Virus record (IMG/VR): IMGVR_UViG_3300030107_006644
Span: 1-64,000 of that record
Length of the DNA: 64,000 bases
Strand: one strand, 5' to 3'
This document shows positions 10,453 through 21,000 of this stretch, piece by piece (the stretch's first letter is position 1; each line of letters starts with the position of its first letter). A model generated the notes under the pieces. It searched no databases. It had not been told where the DNA came from and worked only from the letters and a program-made list of their open reading frames with translations. Position numbers and translations under genes: made by a program.

Positions 10453-11464
10453 TAAGACAGCTTTAATTACTGGCGTTACGGGCCAAGATGGTTCTTATCT
10501 AGCAGAACTGTTATTAAACAAGGGTTATCGAGTAATCGGGCTGAAGCGAAGAACTTCTTTAATTTCCACAGATCGAATAAACCACATTTATAATCATCCG
10601 GGATTTGAACTACATTACTCTAGCATGCTCGACGCCGGCTCGATGTATCGCGTTATAATGCAGGAGGAGCCAGATGAAATTTACAACCTTGCCGCACAGT
10701 CTCATGTGCGAGTGTCATTCGAAACGCCGGAAGAAACGGCACAAATTGTAGGCATGGGCACATTGCGTATATTGGAGGCAATTTTAAATATAAACCCTGA
10801 TATTAAACTTTACCAAGCTTCGTCATCAGAGATGTTCGGAGATAATCCCGCTGCTCCGCAAAGCGAAGATACGCAATTTATGCCAGCTTCTCCCTATGCG
10901 TGCTCTAAGGTTTTCGCCCACAACTTAGTACGAAACTATAGGAAGAGCTATGGTATTCATGCATCATGTGGAATTTTATTTAATCATGAGTCTCCCAGAC
11001 GAGGGGAAACCTTTGTGACGCGTAAAATTACAATGGCAGCCGCTAGAATTAAGCTGGGCCTTCAGGACAAGTTGTATTTGGGCAATCTAGATGCTAAACG
11101 CGACTGGGGCTTCGCCGGAGATTACGTGGAAGCTATGTGGAGAATGGTGCAGCAAGATACTCCTGATGACTATGTAATCGCTACAGGCGAAACACGCACG
11201 GTTAGAGAGTTTCTAGAAGCAGTGTTCAACCATGCGGACTTACAGGTCCACAAATATGTTGATATAGATAAGCGTCTTTTCCGCCCCCATGAGGTACCTC
11301 TCTTGTTGGGAGATCCCAGCAAAGCGGAAAGACAACTAAACTGGAGGCCTACAGTTACATTTAATAAATTGGCCAAAATGATGTATGAGGCAGATTTACA
11401 GCTTGTAAAAGAGCAAATTAATGGAAAGAAAGGAGTAAAAAATGACAACATACAAATTAAGTGA
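10436..11464 (+). CDS. gmd: GDP-mannose 4,6-dehydratase
   Basis: [64 protein letters not shown]. Start moved from 10238 to ATG 10436. Confidence 0.96.
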   Translation: MRTRNNKTALITGVTGQDGSYLAELLLNKGYRVIGLKRRTSLISTDRINHIYNHPGFELHYSSMLDAGSMYRVIMQEEPDEIYNLAAQSHVRVSFETPEETAQIVGMGTLRILEAILNINPDIKLYQASSSEMFGDNPAAPQSEDTQFMPASPYACSKVFAHNLVRNYRKSYGIHASCGILFNHESPRRGETFVTRKITMAAARIKLGLQDKLYLGNLDAKRDWGFAGDYVEAMWRMVQQDTPDDYVIATGETRTVREFLEAVFNHADLQVHKYVDIDKRLFRPHEVPLLLGDPSKAERQLNWRPTVTFNKLAKMMYEADLQLVKEQINGKKGVKNDNIQIK

Positions 11465-11642
11465 TCAAGCACTTGGAGCCGTAATGATGGCACTTCAAAA
11501 GTCTCTATTAGAGCAATCAGATATCGTGCCTGTCTTGAAAGGCTTTGAGCTTACGCCAACAGACGGAAAGGAGACCGAACTATTAGTTACGAACCCTCCA
11601 ACGTTTGAAGTAGACGTTCAGGAAGCTACAGCTGATGCCTAA
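11442..11642 (+). CDS. Small hypothetical protein
   Basis: 66-aa ORF with AAGGAG RBS, overlapping both neighbours. Confidence 0.65.
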   Translation: MTTYKLSDQALGAVMMALQKSLLEQSDIVPVLKGFELTPTDGKETELLVTNPPTFEVDVQEATADA

Positions 11643-11913
11643 ATATCGTTATCGATGTCAGTCTTGCAATTATATGTTTGAGATTGTTCATTCGATAACG
11701 GAGCGTTTGGCTGACTGCGATACGTGCGAGGTAAGCGGTTCTCTGCAAAGGGAGCAGTTTACCCCCACTGTAAATATCGGCAGAAGCACTGGCAAGCCAG
11801 ATGGTAGCACTGTACGCGAAAGAGTAGAGGGCTTTATAGAGCAGAGTAGGGATGACTTGAGAGAACAGAAAAGAGAAGTAGAGAAAGAACTTTACAAAGA
11901 GGATAAAAAGTGA
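11635..11913 (+). CDS. FmdB-family zinc-ribbon protein
   Basis: [13 protein letters not shown]...CDTC pattern. Confidence 0.75.
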   Translation: MPKYRYRCQSCNYMFEIVHSITERLADCDTCEVSGSLQREQFTPTVNIGRSTGKPDGSTVRERVEGFIEQSRDDLREQKREVEKELYKEDKK

Positions 11914-12266
11914 AATTAATTGTAGTATTAAGTATTATAAGTATATTGACAACTCTTACGACCGGCTTGTTAGTGTGGTATCTGAGGGGCGTGTTAAGTA
12001 AGTTATTATACGTGTCAGAAAGCATGGGAGATTTCCTAGTTGTAATAGACAACTATGCGTCACATTTAAATAGTGTGTATGAAATGGAGATGTTTTATGG
12101 TGATGAAACGCTGGAAAGTTTAATGAAGCACACTCAGGCTGTAGTAGATGAGGTGGAACAGTTTAGCAGCATTTATTCTCTAACTACTGATTTATCAGAA
12201 CAAGAAGAAGGAGATGAACTTGACGAAGACACCGAAGAGTACGAAGAAGAACTCGCCGCCAACTAA
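11910..12266 (+). CDS. Small membrane-anchored protein
   Basis: N-terminal hydrophobic helix (LIVVLSIISILTTLTTGLLVWYL), acidic C-terminus, GTG start overlapping upstream stop. Confidence 0.65.
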   Translation: MKLIVVLSIISILTTLTTGLLVWYLRGVLSKLLYVSESMGDFLVVIDNYASHLNSVYEMEMFYGDETLESLMKHTQAVVDEVEQFSSIYSLTTDLSEQEEGDELDEDTEEYEEELAAN

Positions 12267-12984
12267 GCCGGCGCCAAAAAAAAGACGCCGCCGTGGTCGC
12301 AAGCAGGGTAGGCACTACTTTACGAAAGACCACGAAAATGCAATTATTAGATATTGCAAAACGAACAGTATGCAGGAGAGAGAAGACCTATATAGAGAAT
12401 TTATAGGGCCCGCATTTAATGAAATGGTTGACAAGATCGTGTTTACATACAAATTCACGACATTGCCGAATATCGATGATTTGAGAGCTGAATGCAAAGT
12501 GTGGTTAACCACTATTCTTGATAAATATGATCCGAATAAGGGCTCTAAGGCTTTTTCATATTTTTCTGTTATTACTAAAAACTGGTTTATCCACAAGGTT
12601 AAGAAGTCTTCCAAGAGGTTGGCGACCGAAATCAATATAGATGATGTTATTTATAGTGAGGCCTATCTTGATGCAAACGAAACTTTGGTAACGCAGCATG
12701 AATATTATCAGCAAAGAAGAGAGAAGGAATTTTGGGAACACTTGTGGAGCGAGATAGATTCGTGGGATACCGGCAATCTGAAAGAAAATGAAAAAAAGGT
12801 TTTGGAGGCCATAAAAATACTGCTGTCTAGCTCTGATGATATAGAAATTTTTAACAAGAAGGCTATTTATTTATACTTGCGAGAAATTACTGGATTGAAC
12901 ACTAAACAAGTGGTCAATAACCTAAATAAGCTAAGAACAAAATATAAGATTTTTAAAACTAAGTGGAACAAAGGTGAAATATGA
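12214..12984 (+). CDS. Phage sigma factor, T4 gp55-like (late transcription)
   Basis: HYFTK..ENAI, region-2-like KYDPNKGSKAFSYFSVITKNW (cf. gp55 FDP.K...FAYFT), C-terminal HTH-like YLREITGLNTKQV; sits directly before the virion genes. Confidence 0.65.
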   Translation: MNLTKTPKSTKKNSPPTKPAPKKRRRRGRKQGRHYFTKDHENAIIRYCKTNSMQEREDLYREFIGPAFNEMVDKIVFTYKFTTLPNIDDLRAECKVWLTTILDKYDPNKGSKAFSYFSVITKNWFIHKVKKSSKRLATEINIDDVIYSEAYLDANETLVTQHEYYQQRREKEFWEHLWSEIDSWDTGNLKENEKKVLEAIKILLSSSDDIEIFNKKAIYLYLREITGLNTKQVVNNLNKLRTKYKIFKTKWNKGEI

Positions 12985-13274
12985 AGAGCTTGGAAGAACT
13001 GCTAAAGGAAGCAGTCGACAACATCCAGCAAGATAGAAGCGTTACTAAAGAGCTGTTAGATGATGTAATAACATATTTGAGTAAAAACGAAGCAAACCAC
13101 CGAGAGGTAGGCCCAGTTGCTGCGAAATATGTGGAAACCCTACAAAGATCTAACGAGCAGCTGGTAAAAATATCTGCGCTTCTACAAAAAAGAGAAACAC
13201 AAGAGGGAAGCTTTAAAATAGATAACGAACAAATGTTTGATTTGATACAGCAGGACGATAAGGAGAAAGAGTAG
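12981..13274 (+). CDS. Hypothetical helical/coiled-coil protein
   Basis: 97-aa ORF, AAGGTG RBS, ATGA overlap with the sigma gene. Confidence 0.65.
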   Translation: MKSLEELLKEAVDNIQQDRSVTKELLDDVITYLSKNEANHREVGPVAAKYVETLQRSNEQLVKISALLQKRETQEGSFKIDNEQMFDLIQQDDKEKE

Positions 13275-14035
13275 TGTCAGACGATTATAACGATATTCCG
13301 ACTAATACAGATTCGCTTTATCCACCCGGTACGCTAAATCCAGATTTGTGGAATAAGGGAGAGGGGGCAATCCAATCCCCGGGATTGGTGCGCCGCGCCG
13401 AGGGAATCCTCTCCGGAGGCCGCTACGGCGCTCTAGAAGCTCGATTAGAGCAGGTAATTGACTTTATCGAGGGAATGGGTTGGAATCCGTCTCGCGAGGG
13501 CCCGTTTAACGCACAAGTGCTAGCGCCTTATGTGTCGTCTAATGGCGTGCCCGGATACATTACGATAGAGGAGTTACGAAATATGGGATGTGTGCCACTT
13601 ACCAATTGGTTATCAAGACTTACTAGTCAGGCACAGGTTCCAGATCTCTTACCGGCAGTTTGGGCTATCATACCAGAATTAGATGTTGGAAGGCCAACTC
13701 CTCAAGCATATAATGGGGGCCCCGCATTGGGTGTCGACGGTGACGCCTTATCTATTGAGACATATCGAATATATGTTGGCAACTACGAGGATCCGCCCTC
13801 GTTGCCGGCAGTTGGCTCTGTTATAAAGGTAGACTTTTTTGATAAGAACCCAAATCTAAGATTTGGAATTTATGAATCAATTGTGGTAGAGCACGATTGG
13901 CATGAGGCATACGATTACAACAATGGCACCTCCGAAGATTCAGCACAGGCTGCTTTCGGCGGAAGTGGTTTGGGAGCAGACGGCCAACCCACAACTACAT
14001 TAGGTGAAATGCCCGAAGGAGACGAAACAGCATGA
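13274..14035 (+). CDS. Putative baseplate hub/spike N-terminal (OB-fold-like) protein
   Basis: LPAVGSVIKVDF resembles the P.vG..V.V.F motif of gp5/gpV/VgrG OB folds; position upstream of baseplate genes. Confidence 0.4.
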   Translation: MSDDYNDIPTNTDSLYPPGTLNPDLWNKGEGAIQSPGLVRRAEGILSGGRYGALEARLEQVIDFIEGMGWNPSREGPFNAQVLAPYVSSNGVPGYITIEELRNMGCVPLTNWLSRLTSQAQVPDLLPAVWAIIPELDVGRPTPQAYNGGPALGVDGDALSIETYRIYVGNYEDPPSLPAVGSVIKVDFFDKNPNLRFGIYESIVVEHDWHEAYDYNNGTSEDSAQAAFGGSGLGADGQPTTTLGEMPEGDETA

Positions 14036-15084
14036 GCAGTGGTACCGACGATACTGGAGCGCAAGGTCAAGCGCCTGAAACGGGGTTTGAAGATATCGAT
14101 ATAAACTCGGAAGAAGTCAGCCAACCAGAGACGAAAGGTCGAGGTAGAGGCAGGGGCTATAGACCTCAAGCTGTGCCTCCGTATCCCGTAAAGGATCATC
14201 AAAAGATCCTCTTTAAAAGACATGCTCAAAGACACAACTGTTGGATTGTTTTGGGCCGCGACACTGCTGGTCCTGACGGAGGCAAAGGTGATTTAGGGCA
14301 GACAAATTGCGGCGCCATTGATATAGTTGTCGGACGCGGCTCTTTTCTGAAAGAGAAAAAAGCTACGACATTAACACACCCTATGTTTGCTGGCGGAGAT
14401 GCTGCAAGAATCTATATTAGCGAACGCGCCGATGTGGATCGATATTTTAAACTGAGAGAGCCCGACCACGCCAAGGGGTGGCCGCTAAATTTAGCCATGC
14501 CCGCAGCGAATGTCGGAATCCCCACAGGTCCAAATTGGCGCGACCTACAGGTGTTAAATACCATGGGAGTGATTAGATCGGTCGACCGTTCTTGTGTCGG
14601 CATTTCTGCGGATGCAGTGAGGATCATTGGCCAAGAAGGCGTAAAGATAGTGACAAAAGCTGGAACGCAGAACAATTCTCATGGTGAAGAGATCGAGGGT
14701 ATACCGGGGATACATCTTATAGCGGGAGATGCCCCAGATTCACTACAACCCATGCTGTTGGGCAAAAACACTGTTGATTTACTTCATGAACTTATCTTTT
14801 TGCAGTCGCATACAATAAAGGCTGTCCGCGCTCTCCAAACTGTGGTTAGAAACACCAACTCAAGCGTCATGCAACACACGCATGCAACCGTTGGCCTTGG
14901 AGGAGGTACCGCACTGGCTCCAAATAGTGGTACCGGCAGACAATTAAAAAATATATTGGATGGATTTCAAAAAACCTGTCTAGAGGCCAACAACGTTATG
15001 ACGCGCTTGAATAATTTGCCGGCCGTGTATCTTCAACTAGCTGGTGAAAGGCACATTATGAGTCAATATTGTAAGGTAAACTAA
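14032..15084 (+). CDS. Putative baseplate central spike protein
   Basis: Short beta-strand repeats (CVGISADAVRIIGQEGVKIVT), QPMLLG, C-terminal HTH (His-x-His) apex-type motif. Confidence 0.45.
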   Translation: MSSGTDDTGAQGQAPETGFEDIDINSEEVSQPETKGRGRGRGYRPQAVPPYPVKDHQKILFKRHAQRHNCWIVLGRDTAGPDGGKGDLGQTNCGAIDIVVGRGSFLKEKKATTLTHPMFAGGDAARIYISERADVDRYFKLREPDHAKGWPLNLAMPAANVGIPTGPNWRDLQVLNTMGVIRSVDRSCVGISADAVRIIGQEGVKIVTKAGTQNNSHGEEIEGIPGIHLIAGDAPDSLQPMLLGKNTVDLLHELIFLQSHTIKAVRALQTVVRNTNSSVMQHTHATVGLGGGTALAPNSGTGRQLKNILDGFQKTCLEANNVMTRLNNLPAVYLQLAGERHIMSQYCKVN

Positions 15085-15086
15085 AT

Positions 15087-18000
15087 ATGTCCGGACCAAA
15101 GGGAAACAAACTTAGAGAATTAATTGAAGAAACCATGACGGAGGAGTACGTTGCGGAAGAAGAAGCTGAAGAAACTGACACTGGTCTCGAACCTCAAGAA
15201 GGAACACTTGGTGAAGATGGAGAGGCTGAAGAGGAAGAAGAACTCACCGCTGCAGATATATTCGCTCCGATTTCCTGTACGGTAGAAGAAGAAGGGTGTA
15301 AGGAAGTAGACCTCACGGGCCTTTGTTCGGAGACGTGCACTCCGGATCCGTGCGCACATGTACCTGATTGGAAGTATGCTAGAGATCCTTACTTAAATAA
15401 GCAAAACTGTCACTATTGCGTAACCGTATTTACCGATGCATCAGACACTCAGGGTTCTGAAGAGGTTTTGCAGGAGATAAAGCTTGAGGCGATACGTAAA
15501 GGTGTTGCAAAGTTGCTCCATAAATATAATAAAAGTTTAACCTTTACTGGGTTTTGGGATCCTGAAGCCTGTGAAGATTCTGTCGAACAGCCGAGAATGG
15601 GCGGCTGCGCATGGTCTTCCGATGATCGCGTTGAGGATGTTGCATCTGAAGCCTCAGATGGTAGTTCTGCTGAGTCTGCGGGCGAAAGCACTATGCCTGA
15701 TGAAGCCTCTGAGGGGGTAGACTCTGACGACCCTGCTGAAGCGGGAGAGAGTGACTACTATGAAGATACTGCAGCCGACGATACAGATTCAGAATCCACC
15801 TCTTCGGAAGAAGGAGTTCCAGAACCCTCAGAAGAAGAGAGTGAACCAGTCCCCGTTGAAGGCGAGAGCAAGACGGCGGACGGAGAGACAGTTTATTGGT
15901 CCGAAGTTGAAGGCGAATGGATTGCAGAAGATAACTATTTTTCTGGCCCTGCATGGTACCCCGGCGATGTTTATGACGTTGTATATACTAGTCCGACAGG
16001 CGAATATTATTTGTTAGCTGCAGATGGCACGTATTGCAAATACGACGAAAATATAGCATTTAGAGAAACGCATGGGATTGCTTATGGTGTCGAGGCCGGC
16101 TATATTGCTCGGGCCAACACTATGATACAGACGGCATTTCAAATTTCAATGGAAGACGGAAACCTGTTCGGGCTAGAGTTTGCACTTTTGGGTTCGGCGA
16201 GTGACGGTCGATTTGAATCGTATATTTATGATGAAGACGAAGGAGTCTGCTATCAGGTGCAGACTAGTTCTGAGGCTTCCGAGGAGGAAGTTGATCTGCT
16301 TTCGGATGAAGATGATGACGAGCCGAGGTTTTATACCCCCGGCCCCGGAGGTTATGAGGGCGAGGAAGGCTCAGATGACAATCCGTGGGAGTCCGGCTCA
16401 GGCTCAGGCACAGGCAAAACAAAGGACGACGACGGTATAGATTCTGATGAGCCCTATTTGGATGATCACGGCCACCCGGGCTCGGGAGGCTCTGGTGGCG
16501 GCACCTACGCCGACGAAGATACTAGCGATAAGGGGTTTAATCGCGACACTTCGTGGAAAACTGCTTCCTTTACTGATACGTGGAAGTATCTGTGTGGAGG
16601 TTCGATAGACTGGGACTTCGAAACAGCATCAGGCACTACTGAAGACGATGTAACCAAATATGTCGATGGTCATGCTCTCGCTGCAGATTATTTCTTGAGA
16701 GCAGATACGAGGTTGAGGGTGAATGTTTGCATCCCTGCTAATATATTTGACAACATTCCAGAAAGAACAGATACATCTGCATATAGCCCCATGGCATCTA
16801 CGTGGGCGACAGGCACTGCTGACAAGTCCGCTTGGAAAGTAACATTAACGTCTGAAGATATAGGTTCTCAAATATCTCGCGTTAGGTGGATCCTAAAGCA
16901 CTACGGCGAAAAAAGATATCCTATGTCGTTCAAGGATACAAACCTCGTTATGGGCGAGACCTACAACGGAATGACTCAAGACGAGTGGAACGCCCAACAG
17001 GAAGAGTTCTGGGGTACGGATGCTGTAAGGTTATCTCATGTGTGGACGGCAGACACTTTCCTTGAACAGAGAACCAACTTAGAAGAGTTTCAAACAAGTT
17101 TATTAAATTTTCTAGATAGAAACATGGCCCACACAGAGACTGGCACATATAGAGTTAGAAACTTTTGGAGCGAAAACATTAAAGCCGGCGGAATCGAAAA
17201 CATGTTATTGGAATTCGATTCAAATTTGCATCTTAAAGCGATAACGGTTACAAGAAGAGGCTGTCCGCCCTTTACTTTAATGTCTGCAGCCGATGCAGCT
17301 GCGATTGAAGAAGAGAAGAGTCGAGTACGTGCTCTGATGCTGGTAGAGGACGCTATAGAAGAGGGAGAAACGACAGCAGAGGAAGAGATTACCAGCGACT
17401 ACAATGTTACAGACTACTTTTATAATTTAGGTTATTCGATAGGAGGCGACGAAGTTACGGAAGGATCGCTCGATCTACAGCAAGAGTTGGACGATCTTAC
17501 TGATGACGATAGAAAGATGGCCATGGCCAACCCGTTTCAAAATCCTGAAATAATAGCCGCAAACCAATGGGAGGAATTTGCAGAATCCTACCCATGCACA
17601 GATCCCAGAACAATGGCGTATGTTGCCTCGCTGCCCTATATGGACAACAGCTTGCAGGCAGACACACCATTAGCGTGGCAAGACTTCATGATGCTATATA
17701 CGTATCCTACGATTGCGTTTGAAAACTTTGATGAAATGCGAGACAACGATCCTCCTTGCAATTCTATATCTAGCGCTGCAGAGAACATATTAGATAGCAC
17801 GTTTGATATATTTATGGAAACCTTGCTGGGGCAATATAATAAAAACCTGTGCCAAACATGGGAGGGCTTCAACGCTGACCGGGAAGATCGTTGGAGTTCT
17901 GCGATTGAGGATGGTTGGAAAGGGGGCTTGAGAGACATAGCCGGCCAAGATCCGTTTATAAAGGCGGTCATGGAACACATCGATCATGTTGGCAGTCTTG

Positions 18001-21000
18001 ATGGACTTTGGGTTAGCATGTTCAGCCGGTTAAGTAAATGTGGCTGGCTCTCTTTATTAGAATCGTGGATGAAGTGTTGGTTAGCCGGCATGACGTTCGA
18101 TCAAATTCTACAGACAGTGATCAACAGTGCTCTAGAAAATATGGATTTCGAAGGATTGGGGCAACTTCTGACGATTGGGTTGACAGAACAACAGCGAAAC
18201 GAGATTATGGATATGGTCGCCGAAGCTGCTCCGGAGCTAGCACAGTATCGCCCGTGGGAAAACACAGACATGCTGGTGGAAAGAGATAAGTATGCATTAA
18301 CCAAGGCAGAGACATACGCGGGGTTTCAGACCACCGAAGGTCAAGCTTCCCTCGCCGCCCTGAATGAAGCCAATCGAACGCAGGCTGAGGCTAACGACGA
18401 GGCCTACGAAGACATAACGGCCTCAGCAGCAGCACGAACTTATGCGGAAGCTCAAGCAACTGCAGGCTTTCCAAATCTCAGTAGCGAACAGGCTGCCATT
18501 GCCAGCCGTCGAGAGACAGAGTACATACAAGCTACAGCAGAGACTAAAACGCTGGGTGCGATATTGGTTGATTCTGGAGCAGTCGCCGCACTAAAGGATG
18601 CCTATGTGGAGGCGCTCATGGAGTTATTAACTCCAGCAGAGTTGCTGGAAATTATGCAAAATAGCTTAAACATTCCTTTGGGATGGCTCTCTGAACTTGG
18701 CGAAGTGTTTGCTTGTCCAAACTATGCTATCTTTGATCCCCCGTTTGATTCGTGGTTTAGACAGTTTATGGAGACCCTATCTCAATGGGACTGGAAATGG
18801 TGGTGCAAAGCAGGAGAAAACCTCTCTTGGCCAGAACTATGGTTTAAGTGGCCTCCCTTAACTTTTGATTGGGTTCTTGAATTTATTAAGATCCTGTTGG
18901 ATGCTTTGGAAGCTGCATTGGTTGAGGCACTCAAGACCTTGATAAAAATGCTCATCCAGATGCTTTATGACGCGCTCTGTAATCTCATGGGTTCCATTGG
19001 AGCAGCAGCGCTGACCGGCGTGGGACTAATGTCTGAAACCGAACATATGGATTGGCTGAAGGAAAATCTTTGCGGCTCTAATGCAACAGATGCAGAACTT
19101 CAATCTGCTCTTGCTGTTGCCGCCCGTGCAATGGGTATCGCCAACATGGAAATGACTGAGGTTGAGCTAGAAGAATATGGAAGATCAGCTGTAGAGGTTA
19201 TGGGTTCTGCTGCGAAGTCAATGCCGGCACACGTAACACTTAATCTTCTGACTGGTAACGCCAGTCGCGAACAAATGATTGATGCTTGCGATTATTTTGG
19301 CTCGACGGATACCGCTATTGGAGACTCGCTCTCTAATCCGCAAAACTGTGAAAAATTCTATAAGACTCTTGGCGGCGTTTTCATTGGTCAAGAGGCAATT
19401 GAAAAGGTACGCGATAATTTCATAGCAAAAATGAAGTGTGCAGATGGCTATAGCTTGTGCGGAATTGATGATCTCGAAGGACACAAACAAGATCTTGCAA
19501 AGTCCCTGTTGGCCACAAAGCAGCTGACAATGGATCAGGTTGAGAAAATTATTAATGACGAGGTGGGAAGTAGAATAGAAAACTTCTCAAAGGTAGCAGG
19601 AGCGTATACGAATGGCGGCATGCCAACACAGACAGGGTTTGGAACTTGCGCGGCAAAAGTTGACGCTTCTGGTCAACCCGTCGCCGCCACGGGCTCATGT
19701 CCGGAGACCGCAAATGCATTCCTCTTAAGGGAAAATCCAGAAACACTATCAGAAGCGCGCGGAGTAGCGGGTGCAATATTTGAAGCTTGTCAGGTTGAGT
19801 ACGAAAAAGAGTTATCAGGCATAGGCGGCCTCTTTGATCGAATATTATCGAACAAAGATGGGGAAGGCAAGCAAATGCATGACCGAAACTTGGTTGAAAA
19901 TCTAGAAAACGGAATACACAACCCCTACACGATTGGTAAGTATTTGCAAGGTGTCCTCGCCGGAGATACGAGCGAATATACATATTTTACGGGGGATAGT
20001 CGCAAAACACAATCGTTTACGTTGAGCAGGTTTAATTCAAGCGCAGGCATATCGGATCATCATGTAGCTGACGCAGAGGGAGAAATAACCTGCTTTACAA
20101 AAGCTACGCAAAGAAACATAAAACAATATATTTGGTCTTTTGACAAGGTTTGGTTAAACGATTATATCTATGGGATAGACTATCACACAGATAGCAGTTA
20201 CCGTGATTCTGATCACGAAGGTGGTTGGGATATTTGGACACACCAAGACTCATTAGACGAAAGAATTCCCGGTAACAGCAAGACGGTCAACGATCTACAC
20301 GAAGAAGGGGTTGAATCTAATTTTCAAGCCGGAGAGGAATGGAAAGTTTATTCAATTTATAGAAAATATAGATATAAAAGAAAGGGAGTTGTTGACTATC
20401 CAAATCCGACTTGTGTTATGGAGTATAATAGCACCGATCCGTTTAAGGGCGAGGAGGATGATAAAGGCCAGCCACACTATGTAATTCACTATTGGCATGA
20501 CGAGAGGGCCGTTAGAGATAAAACTACTAACTACTATTCTTCTGCCGAAGATGAGCTGATTAGGGATACTGCCAAACTGCATTTATTCTGGGTCCTACCA
20601 GAGTCCGAACAAGAAGGTGAGGGAGAATTTACAATCGACTACGCAGAGAGCCCCCTCTCGCGGGATGCGAAGGAACAGGCGGGTAACATCATGTCCTTGC
20701 ACAACGGCATGGGCGCCCGATCTCAAACTTCCCGGGCTAATGGAGCGCTAAATCCGATCATACGCGTTGTTTCGGACATACCTTCTGGCACTCTTGAACA
20801 AATACAGAACATAGATATTACCGGAATGGTTTCCGATTCTGAAGAATGGGCCAACGACGGCTCCAGATCTTACCAAAAGCCGGCAGTGTTTGCCAAGCAC
20901 ATTAGAAATATAATAGCAGAAGCATCAACTACAGAGGAAGACGCCGACGCTGATGCTAGTTTAGACAATGTACTTGAATCCATGACAGAAATACTTCGAA

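Noticed and set aside
869-11464. Bacterial capsule/O-antigen locus or giant eukaryotic virus origin
   Set aside because: No export or polymerase genes, and the cluster is contiguous with phage baseplate, sigma factor and primase genes using SD sites and sigma70 promoters
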